A stretch of DNA of 64,000 nucleotides, from positions 1-64,000 of the forward strand of contig CAVRGP010000001.1 in the NCBI GenBank assembly GCA_963720755.1, written 5' to 3'. The position numbers were made by a program, and so were the translations under genes. This DNA comes from an uncultured Chloroflexia bacterium. GTDB taxonomy: Bacteria > Chloroflexota > Limnocylindria > Limnocylindrales > CSP1-4. How positions within the stretch are numbered: position 1 is the stretch's first letter; every line of letters starts with the position of its first letter. Shown in pieces: positions 9,777 through 20,935 of the stretch. Under the pieces are notes generated by a model. The model did no database searches, was not told the origin of the DNA, and saw only the letters and a program-made list of their open reading frames with translations.

Positions 9777-10967
9777 ATACGCCAGCCCTCGTGTCCGAAT
9801 ATTGGGCCGATACACAGGTTCTCCGGCCAATTCGATCTCGTCCATGCGATCGAGTAGGCGACCGATCGCCACCTGGAGCTCGAGGCGGGCAAGTTGTGAG
9901 CCAAGGCAGTGATGGGCACCCATTCCAAATGTCACGTGACGATTCGGGGTCCGGCCAATGTCAAATCGATCGGGATCTGGGAATGCGGTGGGATCCCGAT
10001 TCGCGGCGGCCAGCACGAAGTTGACCAACTGGCCGGACTCGACATTCGTCGAACCGATCGAGAGGTCTTCGATCGCAAGTCGGAAATCCCACTGAGCGAC
10101 TGGTTCGAATCGGAGTATCTCTTCTACGGCGGACGCGGTCAGTGTTGGATCCTGCCGCAATCGCTCCAGCTCCCTTGGATTTCGCAACAGTGTGAGCATG
10201 CCCAGTCCGATCGTATTCGTTGTTGTTTCGTGCCCAGCGACGGCCAGCAGAACCAGGTTTGCGAGCGCTTCGTCTTCGCTCGAGTCACCATCGGCGATCG
10301 CCTGAGCAAGCTGGTTCACAACGTGTTCCTCCACGCCATCTGGCCGAGCAAGGCGCTCCCTGAAGTAGCGCGCCATCTCGCCCCAGCCCCGCATATAGGC
10401 GGCCACCTGTCCGGCGTCGACGTGCGCCTTTGACATGAAGCCCGCGACATCGTCGGCCCACGCTTTCACCATCTGGGCATCGACCACGGGGATGCCCACG
10501 ATGTCGGCGAGAATCGCCATTGGGAGGGGAAACGCGTAGTCGGCGATCAGGTCCATCTGACCCGCGCCCGCTGCCGAGTCCAGCAACGCATCGGCGATCA
10601 CCTCGACGCGAGTGCGGTACGACTCGATGCGGCGTGGGTGGAAGGCCGAGGCGACCAGACTCCGTCTCCGCGCGTGATCAGGCGGGTCGGAGTTGATCAT
10701 CTGGCGCATCGCTCGATCAACCATGAGTGACCGCTGCGCAGGGCTGGCTTCGACCGATCCGATCAGCGCCGACATGCGTCTGGCGGACAGGCGGACATCC
10801 CGGAGCCCCGCGGTGACATCGGCATATCGAGTCACCAGCCACATTCCCAGATCGCCGCTGTACACGACCGGTGACTCTTCACGCAGGTGTCGATACGTTG
10901 GGTACGGATCGATGACCGCGCCCCGGGTGCCGGCGAGTAGGTCATCGAGCAACCGCGGCGGTGTCAC
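9750..10967 (-). CDS. Cytochrome P450
   Basis: DPPDHARRR, AGHETT I-helix, EEILR, FGMGAHHCLG heme motif. Confidence 0.95.
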   Translation of the reverse strand: MTPPRLLDDLLAGTRGAVIDPYPTYRHLREESPVVYSGDLGMWLVTRYADVTAGLRDVRLSARRMSALIGSVEASPAQRSLMVDRAMRQMINSDPPDHARRRSLVASAFHPRRIESYRTRVEVIADALLDSAAGAGQMDLIADYAFPLPMAILADIVGIPVVDAQMVKAWADDVAGFMSKAHVDAGQVAAYMRGWGEMARYFRERLARPDGVEEHVVNQLAQAIADGDSSEDEALANLVLLAVAGHETTTNTIGLGMLTLLRNPRELERLRQDPTLTASAVEEILRFEPVAQWDFRLAIEDLSIGSTNVESGQLVNFVLAAANRDPTAFPDPDRFDIGRTPNRHVTFGMGAHHCLGSQLARLELQVAIGRLLDRMDEIELAGEPVYRPNIRTRGLAYLPIRFRAA

Positions 10968-11157
10968 GGCTCGTCGCCCTCCGGGGTCGAAGGCACCAGC
11001 TTCAAGCAGAGCTCGACCCCCATCGAATACGATACAGGACCCGCTGATGGCGGGTCGGTCGCGTCGTCCAGGCGACCGGTTCCCCCTGCCCGGAGGCGCG
11101 ACTCATGTCCTGCGCAACACATTCCGCGTGCGCCCGGCCGGCCGCAAGGACAACACC

Positions 11158-12228
11158 GTGAGCGTGCAGTCGGCCGCAGTCCGTATGGCAGTCATCGGAA
11201 TGGGATGGGCGGGGACCCGGCAAGTGGAAGCTGCCGCCGAACTCGCAGGCGATGTCGAGATCGTGGCGATCGTGGACAGCGACCCCGATTACCTGGCGGA
11301 CCGGTCGGCCGCCCTTGGAGTCCCGACGACCTATCCGACATTGGCGCACGCCCTCGCGGACCCACAGGTCGAGGCAGTCTCCATTTGCACGCCACACGCA
11401 CTCCACATGGATCAGGCCATCGCCTCGGCGCAAGCCGGGCGCCAGATCCTGGTTGAGAAGCCAATGGCGCTGTCGGTGGCCGACGCGACCCAGATGATCG
11501 AGGCCGCAGATCGAGCGGGCGTCGTCTTGTTCGTGGCCGAGAGTGAATGCTACATGCCGTTCGCGGTGCGATTGAGGGAGATCGTTCGATCACGCGACCC
11601 GATCGGTGAGATCACCTTCGCGACGATGCTATCCGGCTATCGACAGCCGGATCCCCGCTATCCGGGCCGGCGGGGTTGGCTGACTGACCCCGAAGCCGGG
11701 GGGACGGGGACCTGGTTCCTCCAGGGCATCCATGCCGTCGCCGCGCTCAGATTCGTGTTAGGCGAGATCGCCACCGTACATGTTCGTGAGCACCGGACCT
11801 CGAGCTTCATGCGCCCCGATCTTGAAGCAACGATGGCCGCGTTCATGGTTCTGGAGGGCGGTCTTGCCGTTCACTTTGTCCATACGACGGAAACCAACAT
11901 CCCCGAGCGTTTCAACGGACTTCAGCTTTACGGGGAGGGCGGCCTCGTCATTGGTGGGCGTTACGGCGGTTACGATCTGTACCTAACGCCCGGCGACCCG
12001 CAGGCTCCACAGGCCGCGCCGACCCACCATGACTATCCGAACCCTGGACTCTCTGAATACGCGCTCGAGCTCGCAGCGTTCGCGCGCGCGGTGCGCGGAC
12101 GCGACTCCGGGCCTACGGACGGTCGATCAGAGCGTCGGTCCCTCGCGGTCCTTGAGGCTGGCATCGAGTCGGCACGAACCGGACGCCCCGTGGACCTGAC
12201 TGTGCGGTTTCCCGAACTTGTCTCATAG
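11158..12228 (+). CDS. Gfo/Idh/MocA family oxidoreductase
   Basis: VIGMGWAG Rossmann motif, ICTPHALH, LVEKPMA. Confidence 0.9.
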   Translation: MSVQSAAVRMAVIGMGWAGTRQVEAAAELAGDVEIVAIVDSDPDYLADRSAALGVPTTYPTLAHALADPQVEAVSICTPHALHMDQAIASAQAGRQILVEKPMALSVADATQMIEAADRAGVVLFVAESECYMPFAVRLREIVRSRDPIGEITFATMLSGYRQPDPRYPGRRGWLTDPEAGGTGTWFLQGIHAVAALRFVLGEIATVHVREHRTSSFMRPDLEATMAAFMVLEGGLAVHFVHTTETNIPERFNGLQLYGEGGLVIGGRYGGYDLYLTPGDPQAPQAAPTHHDYPNPGLSEYALELAAFARAVRGRDSGPTDGRSERRSLAVLEAGIESARTGRPVDLTVRFPELVS

Positions 12229-12341
12229 CAATCCCGGCACGACACTGCCGCGCTCGCGGGGCCACTTCTGCGGCTAGGGTCTTGTTGACCTCGGCGACGC
12301 ACCCTTTGTGTCGTCATAGCGACCTTGTCCGAGACCAGAAG

Positions 12342-12920
12342 CTACCGTGGCACCTTGCTTGGTTCGTATTCGGGATAGGCCGATCGATACCCGATGATGC
12401 GCCCGATCGGGGCGATGACTCGTAGGATTGCCCGACGTTTCGGATTCAACTCGAAAACCATCATCTCGCGGTAGTCCGAGGAGAGGACAGCTGTTTGAAG
12501 GAGCGGGAATTTTCCGGCCGAATTGACCCGACGATCGCGGTGTAGGCCATACGTGGTTCGCAGATAGCTCTCGATTGCTCCGCCAGGGCGAAATCCGATC
12601 CTGACGCGAACCGGCCAATCTGAGTCGTTCGACCACGTGTGCAGGACTCCAGGGGGGATGATGACCTGTTCTCCCGGGATCGCCTTGACGTCCGTCCCAC
12701 CCACATGAACCGTGACCGAGCCCTCGAGTACCTCGATCCGCTCTTCCGCCATCGGGTGGTAGTGGATTTCCCCGCGGAACGGGGTCGCGACCACCTCCAA
12801 TGTGGTCAGTTCACCGTTCGTGCTGGCTGCTCGCTGCACAAAGGTGATGGTCTTGCCACCGACTGGCCCAATGACGTCGGGCGGGGATGTTTCCGCCACG
12901 CCGATGCTCACGGAAGGCAC
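12342..12920 (-). CDS. Cupin domain protein
   Basis: IHYHPMAEERIEVLEG, IPPGVLHTWSN. Confidence 0.8.
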   Translation of the reverse strand: MPSVSIGVAETSPPDVIGPVGGKTITFVQRAASTNGELTTLEVVATPFRGEIHYHPMAEERIEVLEGSVTVHVGGTDVKAIPGEQVIIPPGVLHTWSNDSDWPVRVRIGFRPGGAIESYLRTTYGLHRDRRVNSAGKFPLLQTAVLSSDYREMMVFELNPKRRAILRVIAPIGRIIGYRSAYPEYEPSKVPR

Positions 12921-12956
12921 AATGCAGGCCAGTGTTCGTTGGACGACCGAACCCGA

Positions 12957-13724
12957 CTACCGCGCAAGGAACCCGCCGTCCACCGGGAAGACATGACCCG
13001 TCACGAAGCTGCTCGCATCTGAGGCGAGGAAGATCGCGGGACCTACGATTTCATCGGCCCGGCCAGGTCGCCCAAAGGCGCTCCTCGACCACATCCATTT
13101 GAAGAGTTCAGGGTTCTTCGACTGAGCATACTCAAGCATCGGCGTCTCGAACGGGGCGGGCGCGAGAGCGTTCACGCGGACACCTGTCGCTGCCCACTCG
13201 ACTGCCAATGTCTTCGTCAGCTGAGCGACGCCACCTTTGCTCGCGTTGTACGCGACCTTGTCCGGGACCGTCACGAACGACATGATCGAGGCGAGGTTGA
13301 CGATCGACCCGCGACCCCGTTCGACCATGTGTCGCCCGAAGACCTGACAGCTCACGAACGTGCCAGTCAAATTGATCCCGATGACACGGTTCCAGGTTTC
13401 TGGGCTGATTTCCAGAGCAGCGTCGTTATGGCTGATCCCGGCGCTATTGATGAGAATGTCGATGGCCCCAAAATGGTCGATTGCTTTCGCGGCCCCCTCC
13501 TCCATCGACTCCAGGGAGGTAACGTCGGCTGCATACCCTCGCGCCTCAGTCGATCGTCCCTGAAGCTCGGCTGAAACCTCTTCGGCCTTCTCTAACACGA
13601 GATCAAGCACCGCAACCCTGGCTCCAGCATCTGCTAGGCCGCCCGCGATCGACCGACCCAGACCGCTGCCACCCCCTACGACTGCGGCGACCTTGCCGTC
13701 CAGATCAAACCCGTGATACGACAC
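12957..13724 (-). CDS. SDR oxidoreductase (gluconate 5-dehydrogenase/KduD-like)
   Basis: GGGSGLG, INSAG, YNASK, VRVNALAP; GTG start after GGAGG. Confidence 0.9.
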   Translation of the reverse strand: MSYHGFDLDGKVAAVVGGGSGLGRSIAGGLADAGARVAVLDLVLEKAEEVSAELQGRSTEARGYAADVTSLESMEEGAAKAIDHFGAIDILINSAGISHNDAALEISPETWNRVIGINLTGTFVSCQVFGRHMVERGRGSIVNLASIMSFVTVPDKVAYNASKGGVAQLTKTLAVEWAATGVRVNALAPAPFETPMLEYAQSKNPELFKWMWSRSAFGRPGRADEIVGPAIFLASDASSFVTGHVFPVDGGFLAR

Positions 13725-13750
13725 GCAGTCCTCCAATCTTGAGTTGCCGC

Positions 13751-13768
13751 TATGATATATATGATGTA
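13751..13768. promoter_or_regulatory. Operator-like site in the SDR/gntR divergent promoter
   Basis: TATGATATATATGATGTA, related to the motif at 16615, 19479 and 27248. Confidence 0.55.
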
Positions 13769-13963
13769 GCATCCCACGTGATTGCGCAACTCGGCGAGGC
13801 CGAGTTGACGGGCGCGCATTGCGCAAACGCCGGGACCGACCCGCGTTTGCAGGTAGCATTGCGTTCTGCATGATGAAGAAGGACGAGCTGGATGCGATGC
13901 CGGTCTTCGTGAATGGCGAGGACTTACAAACCGCCGGCGGACTGAAGGAGGCCCAACCCCCAG

Positions 13964-14719
13964 ATGCCTAGCACGAACGGCCAGAGTTGGACACATACCG
14001 CCGACACCGAGATCGTCCATCGCCAGCTACCCGAGATCGTCGCGGAGACGCTTCGCGAGATGATCATGCGAGGCGAGCTTCAACCCGGCGACGGACTCCC
14101 CATGCGGGCGCTCTCCGAGAGGTTCGGAGTCAGCGTCATCCCGGTGCGCGATGCGCTTCGTCTGCTGGCTAGCGAAGGGCTCGTCGAACTTCAGCCTCAT
14201 CGTGGAGCACGGGTCGTTCGAATCTCCGACCTGGATCTTGAGCAGATCTTCTTGGCTCGTCTGCCACTTGAGCAGCTGGCAGCGACCAAGGCCCTGCATA
14301 CGATCACCCAGACCGATATTCGGGCACTCGGTCGCATCCAAACGCAGTTGGAACGGACTCGAGACGCCAGGCGCTGGCTCGAGCTGAACCGCCAATTCCA
14401 CATGGAGATGTACCAGCGTTCCGGGTACCCCCGGATCGTTCGCATCGTCGAGGGTTTGTGGGATCTCGTCGAGCCATACCTCCTTCTCTTCATGCGAAAT
14501 CGTGACGCTGTCGCCAACGCTGAGCTCGAGCATCGTTCGATGCTTGAGGCCCTGGAAGCCGGTGACGACGCTGCGCTGCGCGCCCTCATCGCGACACACC
14601 TCTTGGGGACGGCAGGGCATGTCGCTCGGATCATCGGAGAGACCGATGAAACTCCCGCATGGGCGACAGCCCCAACCGAGGGCGAACCCACCCAGCGGAG
14701 GGGCGCGGGCATCCGTTAG
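13964..14719 (+). CDS. GntR family regulator (FCD domain)
   Basis: wHTH LREMIMRGELQPG...FGVSVIPVRDALRLL; FCD LNRQFH...EHRSMLEAL...THL. Confidence 0.92.
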   Translation: MPSTNGQSWTHTADTEIVHRQLPEIVAETLREMIMRGELQPGDGLPMRALSERFGVSVIPVRDALRLLASEGLVELQPHRGARVVRISDLDLEQIFLARLPLEQLAATKALHTITQTDIRALGRIQTQLERTRDARRWLELNRQFHMEMYQRSGYPRIVRIVEGLWDLVEPYLLLFMRNRDAVANAELEHRSMLEALEAGDDAALRALIATHLLGTAGHVARIIGETDETPAWATAPTEGEPTQRRGAGIR

Positions 14720-14743
14720 GTAAGCCGACGCCAGGCTCCGCGG

Positions 14744-15532
14744 TCAATCCGGGCGGTAGGCGATCGTCATCCCGCCATCAACCAGGATCGTCGCGCCATT
14801 GACCAGAGAGGCTCGCTCGCTGCAGAGGAAGGTGACTACCTCCGCGACCTCCCCGGGCTCGCCGATCCGTCCCAGCGGGCTCATCGCAGCAGCTCGGCTC
14901 ATCTCCGCTTCCAGTGACAAGCCGCCCGACGAGAAGATCTCACGGAGGCCTGGCGTGTTCGTGACTCCGGGAACGACCACGTTGGCTCTGATCCCGTCTC
15001 TACCAAAGTCGACGGCGATCGATCTGGCCAGACCTATCAGCGCGTACTTTGAGGTTGTGTACGAAGCCTCCCTCGCGGCCGTCTGGAACACCGAATCGGA
15101 CGATGTGATGACGATCGCGCCCCGACCCACGTTCAACATATGCGGGATGCAGGCTCGACACGACAGGAATGCCCCCCGAAGGTTGACCCCGAGCACTTCA
15201 TCCCACGAAGCAACCGTTGACGAGAGCAGAGACCCGTCCCGGTAAATCGCGGCGTTGGCAAAGAGATAGTCGAGACGTCCAAACCGGGCGGCACCAACGG
15301 ACACCATCCGTTCCGTATCGGCTTCTTGCGAAATGTCGGCGTCGATCGGGAGGGCCATACCTCCCGCTTCGACGATTTCAGAGGCGACCCGACCTGCCGC
15401 GTCGCCGTCCCGGTCTACGACAACGACCTGAGCTCCGCGCTGCGCGAAGAGTAGGCTGGCTGAGCGACCGATCCCCCGTCCACCACCCGTCACCAGTGCA
15501 ACTCGACCTCGAAACTCACCTTCGGGTTGCAT
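14744..15532 (-). CDS. SDR oxidoreductase
   Basis: TGGGRGIG, YTTSK, GIRANVVVPG. Confidence 0.9.
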   Translation of the reverse strand: MQPEGEFRGRVALVTGGGRGIGRSASLLFAQRGAQVVVVDRDGDAAGRVASEIVEAGGMALPIDADISQEADTERMVSVGAARFGRLDYLFANAAIYRDGSLLSSTVASWDEVLGVNLRGAFLSCRACIPHMLNVGRGAIVITSSDSVFQTAAREASYTTSKYALIGLARSIAVDFGRDGIRANVVVPGVTNTPGLREIFSSGGLSLEAEMSRAAAMSPLGRIGEPGEVAEVVTFLCSERASLVNGATILVDGGMTIAYRPD

Positions 15533-15576
15533 CGGCTTCCTCCCAGATCCAGGTCAGCGTTCGATCCAAGATCAGC

Positions 15577-16581
15577 TCAGCGAGGGAGCTCCAGCCCCAG
15601 CCCGGCCCCAGCGGCTCGTGCAAGGATCGCGTCGGCAAAGACGAGATCCGCTAGTCCCACGCCGAGATGAGTGACGACAATGCGACCGGACGGGCGAATT
15701 GACTTAGCTATGATCGCCTCACCGAGCGTTGCCGCCGGATCGGGATAGCCGTCGAAGTTTCCCGCTTCGCGATTCGCTAGGAACTGCTCACGGTGGTCGA
15801 CCAGAAACAGGCTGGATTCCCGAGCCACCTCCGCCGAGCAGTACGTCGCATAGTCGACTGGTATGACAAGCAAATCCGCCTGCAGCCAGTCAAGCGCCAT
15901 CACCTGTCGTAGGTCCCGGCTGGTAAACGAAGCTGCCGTGATCACAACGTCGGCCCGCTCGATCGCTTCGCGTGCCGAATTCGCCGTACCTGCGGCCGAT
16001 ATCCCTTCTGTCGTCCGTGCCTGACGAGCGAGCGCATCGGCCCGCTCAGGGTGTCGATCGAAGATCAGGATTTCCATGCCCGGAAGCAGGTACCCGAGCA
16101 CGGGCAGATGGCTTCTCCCCTGGACGCCAGCGCCGACCACTGCGACCTTGATCGAACGGTCGCGGATTGGAGGTGCGAACAACCGCACGGCGATCCCCGA
16201 AATTGCCGCCGTCCGCTGGGCGGTGATCGGACCCCCATCCATCACTGCAACAGGCACGCCCGTGTCCGGATCGTTTACAACGACGAGCGCATTGAGGGCG
16301 GAGATCCCCTTCTCATTGTTTGTTGCGAACCCACCGACCCATTTCATCCCGACCAGGTCATGCGCGGGATCCGTCGCACGCAAGTGCGCCGGCATCGCGT
16401 GGACCCAGGAGCCCGCCGGCCGAGGATGGACCGCGATCTTTGGCGGCATCTCCGCGCCCGGGCGTCGCGAGCGCAACCATCGTCCGCTCAGCAAGTTCAA
16501 GACGCTCTGTCAACGGCGGCATGGCCATCTCGACGTCGACGGCACGAAGCCAGCGGATGGGCGGAGTGAGCTGGATGTCAT
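15577..16581 (-). CDS. Ornithine cyclodeaminase / mu-crystallin family, N-terminal frameshifts
   Basis: HAMPA, GMKWV, ITAQRTAA, VGAGVQG, GVGLAD; N-terminal segment IRWLRAVDVEMAMP lies in another frame. Confidence 0.85.
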
Positions 16582-16614
16582 CGCCTCTCTCCGCTGCCGA
16601 CGGTTCTGATTGCC

Positions 16615-16636
16615 TTCACATGATATATGTGCGAAC
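16615..16636. promoter_or_regulatory. Palindromic operator
   Basis: TTCACATGATATATGTGCGAAC (CACAT-N5-ATGTG). Confidence 0.75.
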
Positions 16637-16732
16637 GTGTTGAGGTCAATCTCGGCCGGGCCTTCGACCCAGGATTCGGCCGAGGGAACCTCGCCCGGAG
16701 GAGTTGGCGGGGAGCCATCTAGAGATCGAGGC

Positions 16733-17586
16733 ATGCCGTGGGTGACTACGAATATCCGGCGCTTACTTTCGACCATCCGACGCGGATCCCGCAAGGACGG
16801 AACGATGAAGCATGTCTGGGGGGACGACGTATCGGGCCAAACAACAGACTGGATCTACATCTCGACCGAGGAGGTATCCCAGATCGTCTTTGGCATGCCT
16901 GTGGGAGGACGATTCGGTCAATCGGATGACTTCAAGGACGTCTACGACTCAGACATCCTGTGGCGCGTTCTTGACGGCGTCTTGGTCGTCCTGAACCCCG
17001 AGACCGGGGAGATCCATCGTGCGGAGGCCGGGGATGCCCTGTACTTCCATGGGGACATATGGCACTACGGGTACAGCTACGGAGAGGTTCCACTCCGAGT
17101 GATGGAGTTCTCCGCGCCATCCGCCATCCGTGCCGTCCGACACGCGGTCAAGAAGCCGCCGCTGGCAAGACTCCCAAGTTCTCGCAGGACGAGTTCATCG
17201 GCCGGTGGCCAGATGCGATGAGCGAGGCGCGCCACAAATCCTCCGTCCGGCTCATCACCAAGGACGACATCCTGTGGCGCTTCGAGGGAGAACGTAAGCA
17301 CATTCTCGTCGGCCATCTGATATCGACGGGGTTCTTGACGGCTGGGGAGATCGACTTGCTTCCAGGTCAGCTGAGTGATCTGCTCGTCAGCTCCGCCATC
17401 AAGACGATGTACGTCCTCGAAGGCACTCTGAACGTGCAACTTCCAAACGAGGAAGCGTGGATCGAAGCCCATGCCGAGGACGGCGTCTTTCTGCCAGCCG
17501 ACACGCCGCATCGCTTGCTGAACTTCACCACGAGCCCCGTCAAAGTCTTGTTTCAGCTCGTACCGCCAGGCGTCGTCGATGACTAG
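16733..17586 (+). CDS. Bicupin protein of unknown function, two frameshifts
   Basis: Two cupin units (VLDG...GDALYF...WHYG; VLEG...GVFLPADTPH) across ORFs 16738, 16610 and 17059. Confidence 0.7.
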
Positions 17587-17598
17587 CCGGGTCTGGCG

Positions 17599-18479
17599 AT
17601 GACCGGCACCCAGATCGAACTACGATCCTCCGTCTCCTCGGCAGTCGTCATTCCCGAGGAAGGAGGCAGGATCCAGAATCTGGTCGATGGCTCGAGCGGG
17701 CGAGAGCTGCTCATGCAGCGGGTCCCTGCGGACGGACCGCGAGAGGACTTCCTTCTGTCGTGTACTGGGGGGTGGGACGAACTCTTCCCAAATGACTCGG
17801 CTTGGGGGGAGCACCCAGACCATGGTCGGCTTTGGACTCAGCCCTTCCGGGTCGAAAGCGTTGGCGATTCTGCGCTGACGATCACGGCAAGGATTCCGTC
17901 GCCTGACGTGACGATCACCCGGCGGATCTCCCTTCTCGAGATACCGCGCCGGGGGGTGCGATCAGAGGTCACGTTGTCCGCTGCGAAGGCCACAGGTCCG
18001 TTTCTCTGGGCAGCCCACCCCATGCTCTGGGTCACCGAAGGTTGGCAAATCGAGTTGCCCCCTCAAGCTTAAATCTCGAGGCAGATCGCGACCTGCCAGG
18101 TCGACTCACAACCGGTCGGCCCCTCGAACGCTCGGAATGGGAACAGGTGAGCCAAATTCCCCCCAGGAGCGCCGCAATCGGGGAGCTGGTCTATGTCGAC
18201 GGCGTCGGCGAGGCCGTTGCGCGGTCAGCCGACGGACAGGCCGCGACCCGCGTCCGTTGGGATCCCGGCTTTTTCGAGCACCTATGGGTCGTCGTTATCA
18301 CGGGTGCCTATGGCCTGGACGATTGCCTGATCCTCGAGCCTTGCACGACCCGACCGTATCGACTCGAGGAGGCAATCCCTGCCGGGTCCACCCTGAGCCT
18401 CAGCGCCGGACACGAAGTTAGCTGGTGGGTTGAGGTGGAGTCGCTGGACACCGTAGGCCCGAGCGGAAACCCGGCATAG
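17599..18479 (+). CDS. Aldose 1-epimerase / galactose mutarotase-like protein, frameshift near 18060
   Basis: PEEGGRI, GGWDELFPN, PDHGRLW, WAAHP, ILEP. Confidence 0.75.
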
Positions 18480-18495
18480 CGCCGGGCATCGACCA

Positions 18496-19380
18496 CTACG
18501 GACCGTCGAGGGCTATCCCCGCAGCGACACAGTCTTCGCCGAACCGGGCTTGACCCTCGTCAGTCGTGCCCCAGATGGGGACACAAACGAGACGCGCGAT
18601 CCCCACGTCAACGAACGACGCGAGGTAGTCCACCCGTTGCTGTCCTGGTTGCCGCAGCTCCTCCTGGACACTGTAGACCGAGTAGCGCAACGTATCGGGG
18701 TCTCGCCCGATCGCATCGCACTTGGCCCGAGCCTCGACAATGCGAACCGCGACTTCTTCCGGCGTGAGGTCGAACACATTCAGTTCATCGCCGTACTTAG
18801 CCGCCAGACTCGCGGTCTTCTCTCGGCCATTTCCTCCCACGATGATCGGGATCTTCGCCCGGATCCCTTTCGGCTCGTTGATCGCACCGTTGACGGATGC
18901 GTACTGTCCGTCGAACGATGCGCGGCCGGGCCCTAGCATCTGAGTGACGATTTCGAGGTGTTCGCCGAGCATACCCATCCGTTCGGCAACAGTCGGAAAG
19001 CCGTACCCGTAGGCGCGCCACTCGTCTTCCTTCCAACCCGCACCGATGCCGAGCTCAAAACGGCCGTTGGAAGCCACATCGAGCGTCGAGGCAAGCTTGG
19101 CCGTGAGGGCAGGGTTTCGGAATCCGGTGCAGACGACCAAATGACCGAGACGCACCTGCTTCGTCACCGTCGCGATCGCGGTGAGCAAGGTAAATGACTC
19201 GAAGGTGATGTCGTCGGTGCTGTCAGGCGCCGTGTGGAAGTGGTCCAACATCCACAGCGACTCGAAGCCGAGCCGCTCGGCATTTGTCGCGAGATCCATC
19301 GACCGTGCCCACGCGACGGCCGGATCCCATCGATCATATTCATGCTTGTGGCCCTGGGGGACGATAAGTCCGACTTTCAT
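18496..19380 (-). CDS. LLM-class (probably F420-dependent) oxidoreductase
   Basis: GFESLWMLDHF, VRLGHLV, RNPALTAK, GRFELGIGAGW, IIVGG. Confidence 0.9.
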   Translation of the reverse strand: MKVGLIVPQGHKHEYDRWDPAVAWARSMDLATNAERLGFESLWMLDHFHTAPDSTDDITFESFTLLTAIATVTKQVRLGHLVVCTGFRNPALTAKLASTLDVASNGRFELGIGAGWKEDEWRAYGYGFPTVAERMGMLGEHLEIVTQMLGPGRASFDGQYASVNGAINEPKGIRAKIPIIVGGNGREKTASLAAKYGDELNVFDLTPEEVAVRIVEARAKCDAIGRDPDTLRYSVYSVQEELRQPGQQRVDYLASFVDVGIARLVCVPIWGTTDEGQARFGEDCVAAGIALDGP

Positions 19381-19478
19381 GGGTCCCTCCGGTGGCGGTC
19401 CTGGGAGCGGCGATGACCCGATGTCGGAGCTGTCCGAGCCGACACTGGATGGACGGATTGCGACCGTCCCAACTTGCA

Positions 19479-19500
19479 TTCACATGATATATGTGTGAAC
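19479..19500. promoter_or_regulatory. Palindromic operator
   Basis: TTCACATGATATATGTGTGAAC; 21/22 identical to the 16615 site. Confidence 0.75.
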
Positions 19501-19707
19501 GTAACGTGGTCAACATGTCACTGCCGCTTGGGTACCAAGTTGGGCGCCCGGGACGGCGACTCCATTCAGGCTCCTTGTGGTCGGGTACGGCTTCTCGGGG
19601 AACCCCGCATGGGCTACTCTCGGCGGCAAGAAAGGAGACTCGCCGCTCGCGGAAGATGATTTCCCGCCCCCCAAGAATGCACCACCGGTAGGGAGGAGGA
19701 GAACTTG

Positions 19708-20925
19708 ATGCAGCACAATTCATCCTGGCGCAACTCATTGCGTCGACGAACGAGACGGCCACTGGCTCGGATCAGCGTGGTGATGACGGCGATGCTCGTT
19801 GTCAGCGCTTGCAGCAGCGGCTCGTCACCAGCTCCGTCGCAGGCTCCGTCGCAAGCCGCATCGCAGGCTCCGTCGCAAGCCGCATCGCAGGCACCCTCTC
19901 AGGGCGACGTGGGAGGCCAGCTCGACTTCCTCTCGTGGCAGGGCTATGACCTCCCCGACATCATGACGCCGTGGCTAGATCAGAACAATGTCACTCTCGT
20001 TCCGACCTACCCTTCTAACCACGACGAGATCCAAGCCAAGCTTCTCGGGGGAGGTGGTGGTGGAACCGACATCTACACGTACTACCAGGGCTACAAGGAC
20101 TTCTACACCCAGTTGGACATCCTGACCCCACTCGATGAGTCAAAGATCCCTAACCTCAGTGGGCTCTTCCCGTTCTTCGGATCGGACGTCGGGAACTACT
20201 GGATCAACACGTCCGGGCAGCGCGTGGGCGTTCCATGGACGTGGAGCATCAACGCACTTACCTATGACTCGGCCGCAGTGGCAGAACCGACGTCGTACTA
20301 CGACCTGCTCAAGCCGGAGAACAAGGGCAAAGTTGCTGTCGTGGACGATCCTCTCGGGGCATTCACGATCGGCGCCTTGATCCTCGGCTATGACGTAACG
20401 ACTCTGACCCCAAGCCAGCAGACAGAGGTTGCTGACTTCTTGCGCCAGGTTCTGGCCCAGGCAAAGACAGTCAGTCCGTCCTACGGTGACGCCACCACCC
20501 TGCTCGCATCGGGTGAGGTCTCCTATATCTTCCCCGGTTGGGCTGCGATCACGAACCTGGCAAAGGACGCTGGTAGCGACACCGTCAAGATGGCCATTCC
20601 GAAGGAGGGTGGCATGGTCACGGTCGATGCTTGGGCGATCCCGCCGGGAGCCGACAACACCGACACCGCCTATGCCTGGATCAACCAGACCCTGGATCCC
20701 GCGATCAATGCAGCAGCGTCCGACTATCTCGTTGCGGGCACTGTCGTTGAAGGCTCTGTTGCTCTGCTTAGCGAGGCGAGCAAGGCAACGTATCCGTACT
20801 ACGACGACCTCGAGAAACTCTTCTCGGGAGTGTCGCTCTATGGCATTCCGCCGCAGGAGTCAGACCAGTACATGACGTACGCACAGATGGTCGACCTCTG
20901 GACAACGGTCAAGGCGGGAAGCTGA
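19708..20925 (+). CDS. PotD/PotF-like ABC substrate-binding lipoprotein
   Basis: Lipobox VVSAC, LSWQGY, VGVPWTW, IPKEG...DAWAIP, AYAWIN. Confidence 0.88.
   Translation: MQHNSSWRNSLRRRTRRPLARISVVMTAMLVVSACSSGSSPAPSQAPSQAASQAPSQAASQAPSQGDVGGQLDFLSWQGYDLPDIMTPWLDQNNVTLVPTYPSNHDEIQAKLLGGGGGGTDIYTYYQGYKDFYTQLDILTPLDESKIPNLSGLFPFFGSDVGNYWINTSGQRVGVPWTWSINALTYDSAAVAEPTSYYDLLKPENKGKVAVVDDPLGAFTIGALILGYDVTTLTPSQQTEVADFLRQVLAQAKTVSPSYGDATTLLASGEVSYIFPGWAAITNLAKDAGSDTVKMAIPKEGGMVTVDAWAIPPGADNTDTAYAWINQTLDPAINAAASDYLVAGTVVEGSVALLSEASKATYPYYDDLEKLFSGVSLYGIPPQESDQYMTYAQMVDLWTTVKAGS
19831..19902 (+). repeat. 6 x 12-bp coding tandem repeat (APSQ/AASQ linker)
   Basis: GCTCCGTCGCAG-like units encoding APSQAPSQAASQAPSQAASQAPSQ. 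Confidence 0.85.
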
Positions 20926-20935
20926 CCCGCGGCTA

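Noticed and set aside
19501-19704. Possible riboswitch in the long leader of the PotD-like gene
   Set aside because: No aptamer consensus that I can recognise; an Rfam/Infernal search would be needed
19831-19902. Short tandem repeats as CRISPR or contingency locus (also 37908-37961)
   Set aside because: In-frame 12- and 18-bp coding linkers with no spacers and no cas genes
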